A stretch of DNA of 64,000 bases, taken from assembly GCA_045803545.1 (NCBI GenBank), contig JBJMOW010000005.1, forward strand, positions 160,001-224,000, read 5' to 3'. Numbering within the stretch: position 1 is the stretch's first letter; each line of letters begins with the position of its first letter. This document shows, one piece after another, positions 1 through 9,535 of the stretch. The notes beneath the pieces are model-generated. The model was not told the DNA's origin and did not search any database. It saw only the letters and a program-made list of their open reading frames with translations. Both the position numbers and the translations under genes were made by a program. Origin of the DNA: Gemmatimonadaceae bacterium. GTDB lineage: Bacteria; Gemmatimonadota; Gemmatimonadetes; Gemmatimonadales; Gemmatimonadaceae.

Positions 1-1020
1 TGGATAACCGGTCAGGTCGATTTTCATGTGATGCTCCTGACAGACGGTCATCGCGCGATAAGATAGCTCGTCCTGCTGGCGGCGGAACTGGAAGAGCACC
101 AGCACGCCGAGCCACGGGTGGGAGGCCATCCACTTCCACTCCTCTTCGGTCAGCTCGCCGTTTTTCTGAAGCATATCCAGCGGGACCCGCGACTTGCCGA
201 TGTCATGCATCAACGCGGCGAGGCCCAGCTCATATAACTGCAGCTTCGTCATACCGAGGCGGCGGCCCAGGGCGACCGAGAAGATGCAGACGTTCACGGA
301 ATGCGTGAAGGTGTACTCGTCATAATCGCGGATAGCGGTGAGGCCGATGAGCGACGTCTCCTCGTTGAGGACCTGATCGACGATACCCTGCACGACGCGC
401 TTGATCTTCCGGATATTCGGCGTTCTGCCAATGCGGACCGAGTTGATGACATCCTTGGTTACCGCGACCGACTGCGAGTAAGTGCGATTGGCAGCGGCCT
501 TCGCCTCCTCGTTGAACTCTTTGTCGGTGGCAGTCTCGGCCGGCGCCTCGAGCTGGAATGTCTCGATCTTCGCTTCCTTGAGCCTGGAGACGATCTCCTT
601 GAAGCGGTCGCCGGGCGCGCTCTTCGTTTCCGCTCCGAGCAGCGAGAGGAGCAACGTCCAATCGCGAGGGCCTCCTTTGACGCCGACCTGAATGGTGCCG
701 ATACCGGCGAGCTTCATCAGCGTGAGGATGTGACCGAAGGTCGCGTAGTTGCTGAGATCCAAACGCAAACGCGTCTCGTTCAGGAAGATGAACTCGCCCG
801 AGATCCGGAACTCGAGCTCACCCTCTTCGGCGCGCAATTCCTCCGCCACCTGCGCCAGCTCGCTAAGCGCCTTTTGCACGGCGCTGTGCTCGAGTGGATA
901 AAGCTTGATCGCCCGCAACGCGGCGTAAAACGCGATCATGAAATTTCTGCCGCCGCGACGGATGGCGGCGCCCGACTGTTTCTCCTCCGTCGGCCGAGTC
1001 TTCGTTGCCGGCGCTGTCAC
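1..1020 (-). CDS. HD-GYP domain cyclic dinucleotide phosphodiesterase (3' end runs off the window)
   Basis: Not in the ORF track because it has no stop in the window. Manual translation from GTG at 1020 (GTGA overlap with the upstream stop) gives MTAPATK...YTFTHSVNV...MHDIGK...SHPWLG...EHHMKIDLTGYP, i.e. HD-GYP motifs. Confidence 0.88.
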   Translation of the reverse strand, partial: MTAPATKTRPTEEKQSGAAIRRGGRNFMIAFYAALRAIKLYPLEHSAVQKALSELAQVAEELRAEEGELEFRISGEFIFLNETRLRLDLSNYATFGHILTLMKLAGIGTIQVGVKGGPRDWTLLLSLLGAETKSAPGDRFKEIVSRLKEAKIETFQLEAPAETATDKEFNEEAKAAANRTYSQSVAVTKDVINSVRIGRTPNIRKIKRVVQGIVDQVLNEETSLIGLTAIRDYDEYTFTHSVNVCIFSVALGRRLGMTKLQLYELGLAALMHDIGKSRVPLDMLQKNGELTEEEWKWMASHPWLGVLVLFQFRRQQDELSYRAMTVCQEHHMKIDLTGYP

Positions 1021-2720
1021 GCGACTGCTCCGCTGCGAATTGCCTTGCTGACAGCATTCCTCACCATCACGTCTTTCTCGCTCGCCGCCTTGCGCAGCGA
1101 CTCACTCGCCTTCGGCGTGTTGATCTTGCCAAGAGCCATTGCCGCGCACGCGCGAATTTCGGAGTCGTCCTTCTTGCCCATGAATCCCTTAGCGTTGAGG
1201 ATGCCATCGAGCAGCACGACGCCGGCGTCCCCGCAAAGGAGACCGTACGCCTCGAAGTAAGCCATCTTCTCGCCGAGGTTGCTCTCCCGGAGATCCTTGC
1301 CCTTGATCGCTACCTCGATTTTCGGCAACGCAGCACGCGCGTTCTTGGCGCCGAGAGTTTTGACGGCGACGATGCGAACCTCACGATCCTCGTCAGTGAG
1401 CGCGCGCTCCAGCATTTGCAGCGCACCCGGCGAGCCGATGTCGGCGAGCGCCGTTACGGCGGCAACGCGTAGATCCGTTTCGCCAACCGTGAGCATCTTT
1501 CCGAGAGCGGGGACTGCGGCCGGCGATTTGAGTGCAGCGGCTCGGCGAATCGCTTCGAGTACGACCGCTTCGTCGTCCGAACCGATCAGGCGAATGAGCT
1601 CCTGGCTGTTGCTGCCGGCGAGGCGGGTCGCGGCACCTTCGAGGAGCATCTTGAGCTGCGGATTGGTGCTCTTGCCGATCCAGCTCAGAATCGTTTCGAG
1701 TGCACGCGGCTGCAGGATTCCAAACAGGTCGTCCAGCTCGTGCTGCGGCGCACGAAGGGGCGAATCTTCGAGAGCCTGGAGGAGCTGGCCGAGGGGCTTT
1801 GGATCGCTCATCAGCTCATTGAGCTGAAGCAGGCGTTGCTTCTGTGGCTCGAGGATGTCCGGCAAACGGGTCGCGGTCGTACCCGCTTCGCGCAGCAAGT
1901 ATGCTGCGTTTCGATACTGCGCGGTCGAAAGCAGGATCAGCAGGAAGTAGTCGAGCAGTCCGCAAATCTCTTCCCGGACCGTCGGATCTTTCTGGTTTTC
2001 GAAGGTGTCGAGCAGCGACGCGATCACCGCTGGACGCAGATCCGTGGAAAATTCGCGCTTGATCTCCTGTTGCAGGTACTCGACCTCACGGTCGTCGAGG
2101 AAATACAGCGTGGAGTCGAAATCGTCCATCGTCGCGATCGACGACTTTGTTGACTCCAGTCCCGCTTCGGCCTGGGCCGGTGACAGGATCTTCTCTTTCT
2201 GCTCCTGGCGCTCCATCGACTCTACACCGGGACCGCCTTCCTGGGTGAGATCGACGTAGCGGTACTGCAGGGTCGCGAATTCGCGCTCCCACATCAGGGT
2301 CAGCAGGTCGTCGTCATCATCGCTCGCCTTGCGGACGCGCTGAAGGAGGCCGAAGAAAGTCGAAAGCTCTTCGAGCTCGAAACCCTTGAGCATCGTCAGC
2401 TCGCGGATGCCGTCCTTGTAGAGCAGCCACGCGACATTGTCGCTGGTGCGCTCGCCTTCGTCGAGGACGACGCGGCCTTCCCATTCGAGTCGGGTTTCGA
2501 TCACCTGCAACACCAGGTCGTCGGTGTGCTGCCAGAGCGTATTGAACGCTTCGCGCACGGCGTCGATCGACCGTGCGTGCATTGGGTTGTTGGGCAGGTA
2601 CATCTGGGTTGCGCGGAACGCCTTCACGAACGACTTCAGCAGGTCCGTGACGTAGACAACCGGGAACGACGGCTCCTCGAGCGCGTGTGCGTCGGGTTTT
2701 TGAGTCGCCGATGTTGTCAT
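1017..2720 (-). CDS. HEAT/PBS-lyase repeat protein
   Basis: 567 aa ORF with C-terminal HEAT-like repeats ([44 protein letters not shown]); ATGA overlap with trpB. Confidence 0.85.
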   Translation of the reverse strand: MTTSATQKPDAHALEEPSFPVVYVTDLLKSFVKAFRATQMYLPNNPMHARSIDAVREAFNTLWQHTDDLVLQVIETRLEWEGRVVLDEGERTSDNVAWLLYKDGIRELTMLKGFELEELSTFFGLLQRVRKASDDDDDLLTLMWEREFATLQYRYVDLTQEGGPGVESMERQEQKEKILSPAQAEAGLESTKSSIATMDDFDSTLYFLDDREVEYLQQEIKREFSTDLRPAVIASLLDTFENQKDPTVREEICGLLDYFLLILLSTAQYRNAAYLLREAGTTATRLPDILEPQKQRLLQLNELMSDPKPLGQLLQALEDSPLRAPQHELDDLFGILQPRALETILSWIGKSTNPQLKMLLEGAATRLAGSNSQELIRLIGSDDEAVVLEAIRRAAALKSPAAVPALGKMLTVGETDLRVAAVTALADIGSPGALQMLERALTDEDREVRIVAVKTLGAKNARAALPKIEVAIKGKDLRESNLGEKMAYFEAYGLLCGDAGVVLLDGILNAKGFMGKKDDSEIRACAAMALGKINTPKASESLRKAASEKDVMVRNAVSKAIRSGAVA

Positions 2721-3901
2721 GCCGGGAGAAGTCCCATCTCTGTGATTTGCGCGAGGTCTTTGTCGCCCCGTCCGCTAATGCAGATCAGGACTGCGTCGCC
2801 CTTTTTCCAACGGCCCTTCTCATTGACGACCCAGGCGACGGCGTGTGACGTCTCCAGCGCTGGGATTATGCCCTCGAGACGACTCAGAATACCCAGGCCC
2901 TCGACCGCCTCGTCGTCAGTCACGGATACGTAGGTAGCCCTGCCCGTTTCCTTGAGATAAGAGTGCTCAGGTCCGACACCCGGGTAATCGAGTCCGGCCG
3001 AGATCGAATGAGCGGGATGGACCTGTCCGCTTTCGTCCTGGAGCAGATAACTGAGAGCTCCGTGAAGAACACCGGGAACCCCCTTCTGCAGCGACGCGGC
3101 GTGCTCGCCCGTTTCGAGTCCCTTGCCTGCCGCCTCGACCCCGATCAGCTCGACCGAGCGCTCGCCGATGAAGGGATGAAAAATGCCCATCGCGTTGGAG
3201 CCGCCGCCGACGCAGGCAACGACCGCGCTCGGGAGCCGACCAGCCTGCTCCTGCATCTGGGATTTCGCCTCGCGACCAATCACCGCCTGGAAGTCACGCA
3301 CCATTCGCGGATACGGCGCGGGGCCCACCACCGAGCCGATGATGTAATAGCTGTCGTTGACATTGGTCACCCAATCCCGGATCGCTTCGCTCGTCGCATC
3401 CTTCAGCGTCCGCGTCCCCGAAAGGACCGGAACTACCTTAGCCCCCATCAATCGCATGCGGTAGACGTTGAGCGCCTGCCGCCGCATGTCTTCTTCGCCC
3501 ATGTACACCGTACAATCGAGGCCAAACCGCGCACACACAGTTGCGGTCGCGACGCCGTGCTGCCCGGCGCCGGTCTCGGCGATGATGCGACGCTTGCCCA
3601 TGCGCTGGGCGAGCAGCGCCTGGCCAATGGCATTGTTGATCTTGTGCGCACCAGTGTGATTGAGATCTTCGCGTTTCAGATACACTGGGCAGCCGACTGC
3701 CTCGGAGAATCGGGGCGCGGAGCTTAGTGGAGATGGTCGGCCGACGTACTCCTTTAGCAGCCGGTCGAGATCGCGCCGGAAATCCGGATCGCGCGTCGCC
3801 TCGCCGAAAGCAGCATCGAGCTCGTCGAGCGCGGGAATGAGGGTCTCGGGCACGTAGCGCCCTCCGAACGCACCGAACCGGTGGACAGTATCTGTCGCCA
3901 T
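2717..3901 (-). CDS. trpB: Tryptophan synthase beta chain
   Basis: Motifs [23 protein letters not shown] (PLP Lys), [28 protein letters not shown]. Confidence 0.98.
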   Translation of the reverse strand: MATDTVHRFGAFGGRYVPETLIPALDELDAAFGEATRDPDFRRDLDRLLKEYVGRPSPLSSAPRFSEAVGCPVYLKREDLNHTGAHKINNAIGQALLAQRMGKRRIIAETGAGQHGVATATVCARFGLDCTVYMGEEDMRRQALNVYRMRLMGAKVVPVLSGTRTLKDATSEAIRDWVTNVNDSYYIIGSVVGPAPYPRMVRDFQAVIGREAKSQMQEQAGRLPSAVVACVGGGSNAMGIFHPFIGERSVELIGVEAAGKGLETGEHAASLQKGVPGVLHGALSYLLQDESGQVHPAHSISAGLDYPGVGPEHSYLKETGRATYVSVTDDEAVEGLGILSRLEGIIPALETSHAVAWVVNEKGRWKKGDAVLICISGRGDKDLAQITEMGLLPA

Positions 3902-3902
3902 C

Positions 3903-4553
3903 TTACGCGGTTGGGTGACCGACGGCAGCGTCGAAAAACTCCCGCATCAGCCACGGGTCTTTGATACCCGGGGCGCTCTCTACACCTGAGGAAACATCAA
4001 CCACGTCGGGGGCCAGAATGCGTATCGCCGCGCTCACGTTCGCGGGGTTCAGTCCGCCAGCGAGAATGACCTCCGCGCTGCCGCGGTCCCGCGCCAGATC
4101 CACTGCCAAGGCGTTCCACGGGAGCGGCACGCCGGTGCCACCGAGTCTCTCTTTCGAATGGGCGTCGAGAAGCACGCCATCAGCGGTGTCGAACAGCTCG
4201 TCGAATTCGTGCGGAATGCTCGATCCGGGAATTCGAATCACCGCCCAGACTTCGCCGTCGAATCGGTCACGCAGCGCTTCCACCGCCGACGAGCCGGGAT
4301 CGGCGTGAAGTTGCACGACATGAAGCCCCAACTCTTCCGCGATCTCCGCGATTTCGTCGGGATCGTGGGTTCCAAAGACTCCTACGTGCCTGATTGATGG
4401 TCCGGCGGCATCGAGAATCTCACGTGCCTGGTCGACAGAAACCTTACGCGGGCCGTTCGCGAAAATCACTCCTACATAACTTGCCCCAATCTCTGCGGCG
4501 AGCGCCGCATCCTGCGGCCTGGTCATCCCGCAGAACTTAACCTTTGCCAGCAC
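3903..4553 (-). CDS. trpF: Phosphoribosylanthranilate isomerase
   Basis: [38 protein letters not shown]. Start reassigned to GTG at 4553, which has GGAG 5 nt upstream. Confidence 0.93.
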   Translation of the reverse strand: MLAKVKFCGMTRPQDAALAAEIGASYVGVIFANGPRKVSVDQAREILDAAGPSIRHVGVFGTHDPDEIAEIAEELGLHVVQLHADPGSSAVEALRDRFDGEVWAVIRIPGSSIPHEFDELFDTADGVLLDAHSKERLGGTGVPLPWNALAVDLARDRGSAEVILAGGLNPANVSAAIRILAPDVVDVSSGVESAPGIKDPWLMREFFDAAVGHPTA

Positions 4554-5400
4554 GACCACTCCGCTTGACTGCGCCCAGCGAGCGAACCGCGGCGTCCGGA
4601 TTGGCCGAAGCGGACAGCTCCGATCCAACCAGTACAGCGTCGGCGCCCGCGATCGCGACCGCTTTCACATCGTCGACGCTCTTTATTCCGCTTTCCGCAA
4701 TTGCGATGACGCTCGCTGGAATAAGCGGAAGCAAACGGGGAGCGGTCGTCGGATCGATCTCGAGCGTCTCGAGATCGCGATTGTTGATACCAATGACTTC
4801 GGCGCCAATTGCGAGCGCGAGCTGCAATTCGTTTTCATCGCGAACTTCGACCAACAGCTCCAGTCCCAGCGAACGCCCGACATCCATCAGCTCGCGAAGG
4901 CGCGCGGGGTCAACCGCCCGGACGATCACCAGCGCAGCAGAAGCGCCGAGCGCCCTGGCTTCGACCAGCTGCAGTGGATCAACGTGAAAGTCTTTCTTGA
5001 GGAGCGGTAAAGACGTCGATGATCGTGCTGCGGTCAGGTCGTCGTTCGATCCACTGAATCGAGTCGGCTCCGTAAGGATCGAGATAGCGGCAGCGCCACC
5101 CCGTTCGTAAGCGATGACCTGATCTTCAACCGTGAGCCCGGGATTGATCGAGCCCTTTGATGGCGACGACCTTTTTATCTCCGCGATCACGGCCACGTGT
5201 TGGCGTCGCAAAGCCGTGCCGAACTTTGGCGCGGTACCTACTGCCTCCGCCAACCGCTGCAACTCCGTAGCGCGTGCCTTCAAGGTTGCCGCGCGGCGTT
5301 GTGCCTCGTCCGTCAACGAGCCCAAGACACCAGTCGGCGGTGCCCAGGCCGAAAAAGCTTGCGCTTCGGTCGATCTTCGGCTAACGTAGGAATTCGGCAA
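4537..5400 (-). CDS. trpC: Indole-3-glycerol phosphate synthase (start codon uncertain)
   Basis: VIAEIKRSSPSKG, ISILTE, LLKKDF, GINNRDL, AESGI, AVLVG motifs. Confidence 0.95.
   Translation of the reverse strand: MPNSYVSRRSTEAQAFSAWAPPTGVLGSLTDEAQRRAATLKARATELQRLAEAVGTAPKFGTALRRQHVAVIAEIKRSSPSKGSINPGLTVEDQVIAYERGGAAAISILTEPTRFSGSNDDLTAARSSTSLPLLKKDFHVDPLQLVEARALGASAALVIVRAVDPARLRELMDVGRSLGLELLVEVRDENELQLALAIGAEVIGINNRDLETLEIDPTTAPRLLPLIPASVIAIAESGIKSVDDVKAVAIAGADAVLVGSELSASANPDAAVRSLGAVKRSGRAGKG
5359..5387 (+). promoter_or_regulatory. Predicted sigma70 promoter of lexA (TTGCGC-N17-TAACGT)
   Basis: -35 at 5359-5364 and -10 at 5382-5387 with a 17-bp spacer, about 75 nt upstream of the lexA ATG. 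Confidence 0.55.
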
Positions 5401-5408
5401 ATGTTCGG
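5365..5408. promoter_or_regulatory. Two candidate LexA operators, TTCGG-N6-TTCGG (5365-5380 and 5393-5408)
   Basis: TTCGG occurs at 5365, 5376, 5393 and 5404, forming two pairs with 11-bp period over the promoter spacer and the predicted start site. Confidence 0.55.
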
Positions 5409-5460
5409 TGGATCGGCAGGTTGGGTCCGCTTTTAAAAAAACCAGCCGCGGAAAAGGATA

Positions 5461-6069
5461 ATGTCGCTAACAAAACGCCAGCGGGAGATTCTCACTTACC
5501 TCGAGAACTACACCGAAGAGCACGGCTACGCGCCGAGCTTCGAGGAGATCGCAACGCAGTTTAACTATAACTCGCTTGCGACGGTGCACGAGCACCTCAC
5601 CAATCTCGAGCGCAAGGGCTACATCAAGCGCGCGTACAACGAGAGTCGCGGCATCGAGCTGCTTCCCTCCGAAGTCTTTCCTCGCGCTACCACTTTGCAG
5701 CTACTCGGTACTGTGGCGGCGGGCATGCCGATCGAAGCGATCCAGGCGCCCGAGACCATCGGCGTTCCTCAGGACCTCATCAGGCGCGGTGGCAACCACT
5801 ACGTCTTACGGGTTCGCGGAAACTCGATGATTGACGAACAGATCCGCGATGGCGATTTCGTAATCGTCAACGAAAAGCGGTCAGCCGACAACGGCGAGAT
5901 GGTCATCGCTTTGATCGACGGAACATCGGCGACGGTGAAGAAGTTTTACCGCGAGCGCGACGGCCGTATTCGCCTGCAGCCCGCGAACGACACGATGGAT
6001 CCAATCTTCGTCCACGAGAACGACGTGACCATCCAGGGCATCGTCGTCGGAGTTCTGAGAAGGTTCTAG
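5461..6069 (+). CDS. lexA: LexA transcriptional repressor
   Basis: N-terminal wHTH (LTKRQREIL..PSFEEIA), Ala-Gly cleavage site VAAG, catalytic Ser in GNSM and Lys in TVKK. Confidence 0.97.
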   Translation: MSLTKRQREILTYLENYTEEHGYAPSFEEIATQFNYNSLATVHEHLTNLERKGYIKRAYNESRGIELLPSEVFPRATTLQLLGTVAAGMPIEAIQAPETIGVPQDLIRRGGNHYVLRVRGNSMIDEQIRDGDFVIVNEKRSADNGEMVIALIDGTSATVKKFYRERDGRIRLQPANDTMDPIFVHENDVTIQGIVVGVLRRF

Positions 6070-6080
6070 AAGTAGATCTT

Positions 6081-7136
6081 CTAAGCTGTTGTCAAGGCGG
6101 GCTTTCCGTAAGCCCGCCTCATGCTATCTAGAACCCTTGTCGCCGCGCCGGAGGCGATCGCTTTTTCTGCCGCCGACACTCCATCTTCAAACGAGCGCAC
6201 CCGGCCACTGACGTAAATCGCGGCTGCCGCGTTGAGCACGGTTGCAGCCCGTGCGCCCTTGGGTCCACCACCGCCCAGAATCTTTTCGATCAGCCGAGCG
6301 TTCTCTGCGGGTTCACTGCCCGCCAAATCCTCGCGGCTCACCTTCTTGTAGCCGTGCTCTTCGGGATGAATCGTCCAGCGGTTGGTTGTCCCGTTGAGAA
6401 CTTCCACGACGTGTGTGGGACCGAGCGGAGATACCTCGTCCAGACCTGGCTCACCGTAGACCACCAGCGCGTGAACACTGCCGAGCACCGACAAGGCGCC
6501 GGCCAGCACGGGAGCCCGCTCCAGGTCGGCGACACCGACCACCTGCCTGCCCGCCCGCGCCGGGTTCGCTAGAGGCCCAACAACGTTCATCACCGTCGGA
6601 ATGCCGAGCTCTCGGCGGATCGGTCCGACGTGGCGCATTGCGGGATGCATCAGCGGCGCAAACATGAACACGATTCCCGTGTCGCGGAGTGCTTTCTCCA
6701 TCGTCGCCAGAGGAACGTCGATCGGCACTCCCAGCGCCTCGAGTACGTCGGCGCTACCGCAGCGCGTCGTAAATGACCGGTTGCCATGCTTCGCCACCCG
6801 GACACCGGTCCCGGCGGCGACAATGGCCGCAGCGGTCGAGATGTTAAACGTCGTCACCGTTCCACCGCCGGTGCCGCAGGTGTCCACCAACTGATCGGGG
6901 TCGTCCGCGACCAGAGTAACCATGGCGGACCTGAGCGCCCGCACCACTCCGGCGACGACCTCGGGGCCCTCCCCAGCGGTGCGCAACGCGGAGAGCAGCG
7001 CCGCGATCTGAACCGCCGAGGCTTCGCCCCGCATCACAACATCGAACGCGTGCTCGGCCTCTTGTCCCGACAGAGGCTCGTGAAACGCAAGCTTGTGAAT
7101 GGCGCTCTGCAGCGCGTTTGGTGCAGTGACGCTCAT
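6081..7136 (-). CDS. trpD: Anthranilate phosphoribosyltransferase
   Basis: DTCGTGG, TFNIST, KHGNRS, GSADVLEALG, GLDE motifs. Confidence 0.97.
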   Translation of the reverse strand: MSVTAPNALQSAIHKLAFHEPLSGQEAEHAFDVVMRGEASAVQIAALLSALRTAGEGPEVVAGVVRALRSAMVTLVADDPDQLVDTCGTGGGTVTTFNISTAAAIVAAGTGVRVAKHGNRSFTTRCGSADVLEALGVPIDVPLATMEKALRDTGIVFMFAPLMHPAMRHVGPIRRELGIPTVMNVVGPLANPARAGRQVVGVADLERAPVLAGALSVLGSVHALVVYGEPGLDEVSPLGPTHVVEVLNGTTNRWTIHPEEHGYKKVSREDLAGSEPAENARLIEKILGGGGPKGARAATVLNAAAAIYVSGRVRSFEDGVSAAEKAIASGAATRVLDSMRRAYGKPALTTA

Positions 7137-7142
7137 GACTTC

Positions 7143-8057
7143 CTAATACGGAGAGGCTTGCTCTCGGGAGGTAACGATCTGGAGCACTTCCTCAATCACC
7201 TTTTGCGAGAACTGCCCTGCCATTGCCTCGCGTAAAACTTGCTCGACGCGATAGATGATGTTGCTTTGCGTCTGCAGGGCTTCGCCCTGCGCGTGCAATT
7301 GCACGTGCGCCTTCTCGAGCTTGGTGACGGCGACTCGCACCTGCTCCTCGACAGCGGACAGTCTCTGTGCCGTTGCTCTGCCTTCAACGGCCGCGATTTC
7401 AATGGCGCGCTTGAGCTGAGTGACTCGGATCGAGTCTCCGGTTCCTTTACCATTCAGTGCCGCTTGCGCCTCGTTCAATTTCTGTCGCAGGTCGGCAACC
7501 GAGCGGGCGTGCTCTTCATTCAGCGCCCGAGTGACCTCCTCGAGAGTGCGCACCGCCTCCTCACGCGCGCGGCGCTCGGCGAGTCGGGCAAAGGCGAGGG
7601 CGAAGAGATCTACGGCGGGCGAGATCTTTTCGGACAAACGGTGACCGAACCGGGTTTTCGGCTCCGATAGCGCGACGATAGCCGCCAGCTCCCCGTCAAC
7701 CAGCAGCCCGCGCAGCAAGAGCACGCCGGCCTCCGGGTTGTTGCCCACTCCGAGAAGCTTTTGATAATCGCCCGACTCGGTCGTGAGGTCCGCGAACTGC
7801 TTGCCGGCCGTGAGGGTGCGTCGCACCGCGGTCGGGAGGTGGTCGAGTGCGATCTCGATTTGCGCCGTACGCATCCCTTCGTGAGCGGGGACGAGCCGTT
7901 CGGACAGCACGTCCCGCTTCGCATCGAACGTGAATAGGGCGAGATGGCCGTTCTTGTCGTGCTCGGTCACGTCCTGGGCAAGCGCATTCAGCGCTTCAGC
8001 GACGTTGCCGGAGGCGGACAGAACGGTTGAGAGACTGGCGAGAGTGCGAGGGGCCAT
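7143..8057 (-). CDS. Hypothetical protein with a GAF-like N-terminal region and a C-terminal coiled coil
   Basis: 304 aa ORF ending 6 nt before trpD; alpha/beta N-terminal half, heptad-rich C-terminal half. Confidence 0.7.
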   Translation of the reverse strand: MAPRTLASLSTVLSASGNVAEALNALAQDVTEHDKNGHLALFTFDAKRDVLSERLVPAHEGMRTAQIEIALDHLPTAVRRTLTAGKQFADLTTESGDYQKLLGVGNNPEAGVLLLRGLLVDGELAAIVALSEPKTRFGHRLSEKISPAVDLFALAFARLAERRAREEAVRTLEEVTRALNEEHARSVADLRQKLNEAQAALNGKGTGDSIRVTQLKRAIEIAAVEGRATAQRLSAVEEQVRVAVTKLEKAHVQLHAQGEALQTQSNIIYRVEQVLREAMAGQFSQKVIEEVLQIVTSREQASPY

Positions 8058-8093
8058 TATCTGGAATCAGCGGTCGCTAAAGTATAAGTTCAT

Positions 8094-8873
8094 GTGATGC
8101 TGTCGCGTACCGTGCAACTCGTGTTGCACTACGATGGCGCGGCCTTCTCCGGCTGGCAGAGGCAGCCTGGTGAGCGGACTGTTCAAGGCGTTCTCGAGAA
8201 TTCGGTCGCCCGGCTTTGCGGAGACCATGTTCCGGTGATCGGCGCCGGACGCACTGACGCAGGCGTGCACGCACGCGGCCAGGCCGCGGGACTTCGCGTA
8301 CCCGAAAAGTGGACGGGCCAGGCGCTTCGGCGATCGATGAATGCCATTCTTCCGGACGACGTGTGGGTCGCGGCAGCCTTCGAGATGCGCGATGACTTTC
8401 ATCCCCGCTACAGCGCTATCTCACGCAGCTACAGCTACTTCGTAGGCACAGACGATCTCGCATCGTCACCGTTTCGGCGGCGCCATGAGCTGATCTGGAA
8501 AAAGCCGGTCGACGTCGGCCGCGTCTCGGCGGCGGCGGCGAAAATCGAAGGTCGTCACTGTTTCAGGGCCTTCGCCGTAAAAGGAACGGCACCCGAGCGG
8601 GATACCCATCACTGCACAGTCAACGTCGCCCGCTGGCGGGAGCGTTGGGGCGGACTCGTTTTCGAGATCACTGCCGACCGCTTTCTCCACCACATGGTTC
8701 GATTCCTGGTCGGCACCATGCTGGAGATTGGAGGAGGCCGCCGGGAAGTAAATGACATCGCAGAGCTTTTGGAGAGCGAAGACAATAGCGAAGTTTCAGC
8801 ACCTGCCCCGCCCCACGCGCTTTTTCTCGAGCGCGTCGAATATCCGACCGACCTATACGTGAGAGCCGAATGA
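8094..8873 (+). CDS. truA: tRNA pseudouridine(38-40) synthase
   Basis: YDGAAFSGWQRQ, GAGRTDAGVHARGQ, FLHHMVR. ATG at 8097 is a plausible alternative start. Confidence 0.96.
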   Translation: MMLSRTVQLVLHYDGAAFSGWQRQPGERTVQGVLENSVARLCGDHVPVIGAGRTDAGVHARGQAAGLRVPEKWTGQALRRSMNAILPDDVWVAAAFEMRDDFHPRYSAISRSYSYFVGTDDLASSPFRRRHELIWKKPVDVGRVSAAAAKIEGRHCFRAFAVKGTAPERDTHHCTVNVARWRERWGGLVFEITADRFLHHMVRFLVGTMLEIGGGRREVNDIAELLESEDNSEVSAPAPPHALFLERVEYPTDLYVRAE

Positions 8874-9535
8874 ACATCTACCTCGAGAGCGTCAACCTCG
8901 ATGAGATCCGAAGCGCTGCTGCGGCCGGGTTGGCCGATGGCGTGGCATTTTCGCATACAGCGACCAGCGCAGACGCTGCTGACGCCAACACTAGAGAAAG
9001 ACTCGAAGACATTTCGCGCGAATTTGCCTTCCCCGTCTGTGTACCCGTGGGGGCGCTCGCGTCGGCGGACATTTACAGCGAGGCCCGCGAGCTGGCCAAA
9101 GTCTCAGACCACGTCGTCGTCCAGATCCCACTGGTGGAAGACTCGCTGATCCCAATGGCGCGGCTGGCGGCTGAGGGCGTGATTATCTGCGCCACCTTCG
9201 TCTACAGTCCGGCCCAGGCAATCATCGCAGCCAAGGCAGGAGCAGCAGCGGTGCGTGTGGCACTTACTGACCTCGAGACTTACGGACAGGCGGCGACGCG
9301 GACTTTGGCCGAAATCAAGAGCGCGCTCGAATCGAGCGGTTTGGAGTCGGACGTGATGGCCGCTTCCCCGTCATCTCCCGTACAATTTTCCGAGTGCGCT
9401 CTCGCGGGAGCTGACATCATCTGCGTTACCCCGCAGACGCTTCGCAATCTCGTAGTACACCCGCTGAGCGACCGCGGTGTCGATCGCTTCCTGAGCGATC
9501 TCGCTCGGAGACCGAAGGCACGCAGCTCGTCATGA
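8870..9535 (+). CDS. Transaldolase/fructose-6-phosphate aldolase family protein, apparently catalytically degenerate
   Basis: Aligns end to end with small Tal/Fsa proteins (DEIR..A..G..DGV, ARELAK, SPAQAIIAAKAGA, HPLSDRGVDRFLSD), but the active-site residues are replaced. Confidence 0.85.
   Translation: MNIYLESVNLDEIRSAAAAGLADGVAFSHTATSADAADANTRERLEDISREFAFPVCVPVGALASADIYSEARELAKVSDHVVVQIPLVEDSLIPMARLAAEGVIICATFVYSPAQAIIAAKAGAAAVRVALTDLETYGQAATRTLAEIKSALESSGLESDVMAASPSSPVQFSECALAGADIICVTPQTLRNLVVHPLSDRGVDRFLSDLARRPKARSSS

Noticed and set aside
301..1260. 319 aa plus-strand ORF in the track
   Set aside because: Antisense shadow of the HD-GYP and HEAT genes, which carry the recognisable motifs on the minus strand.
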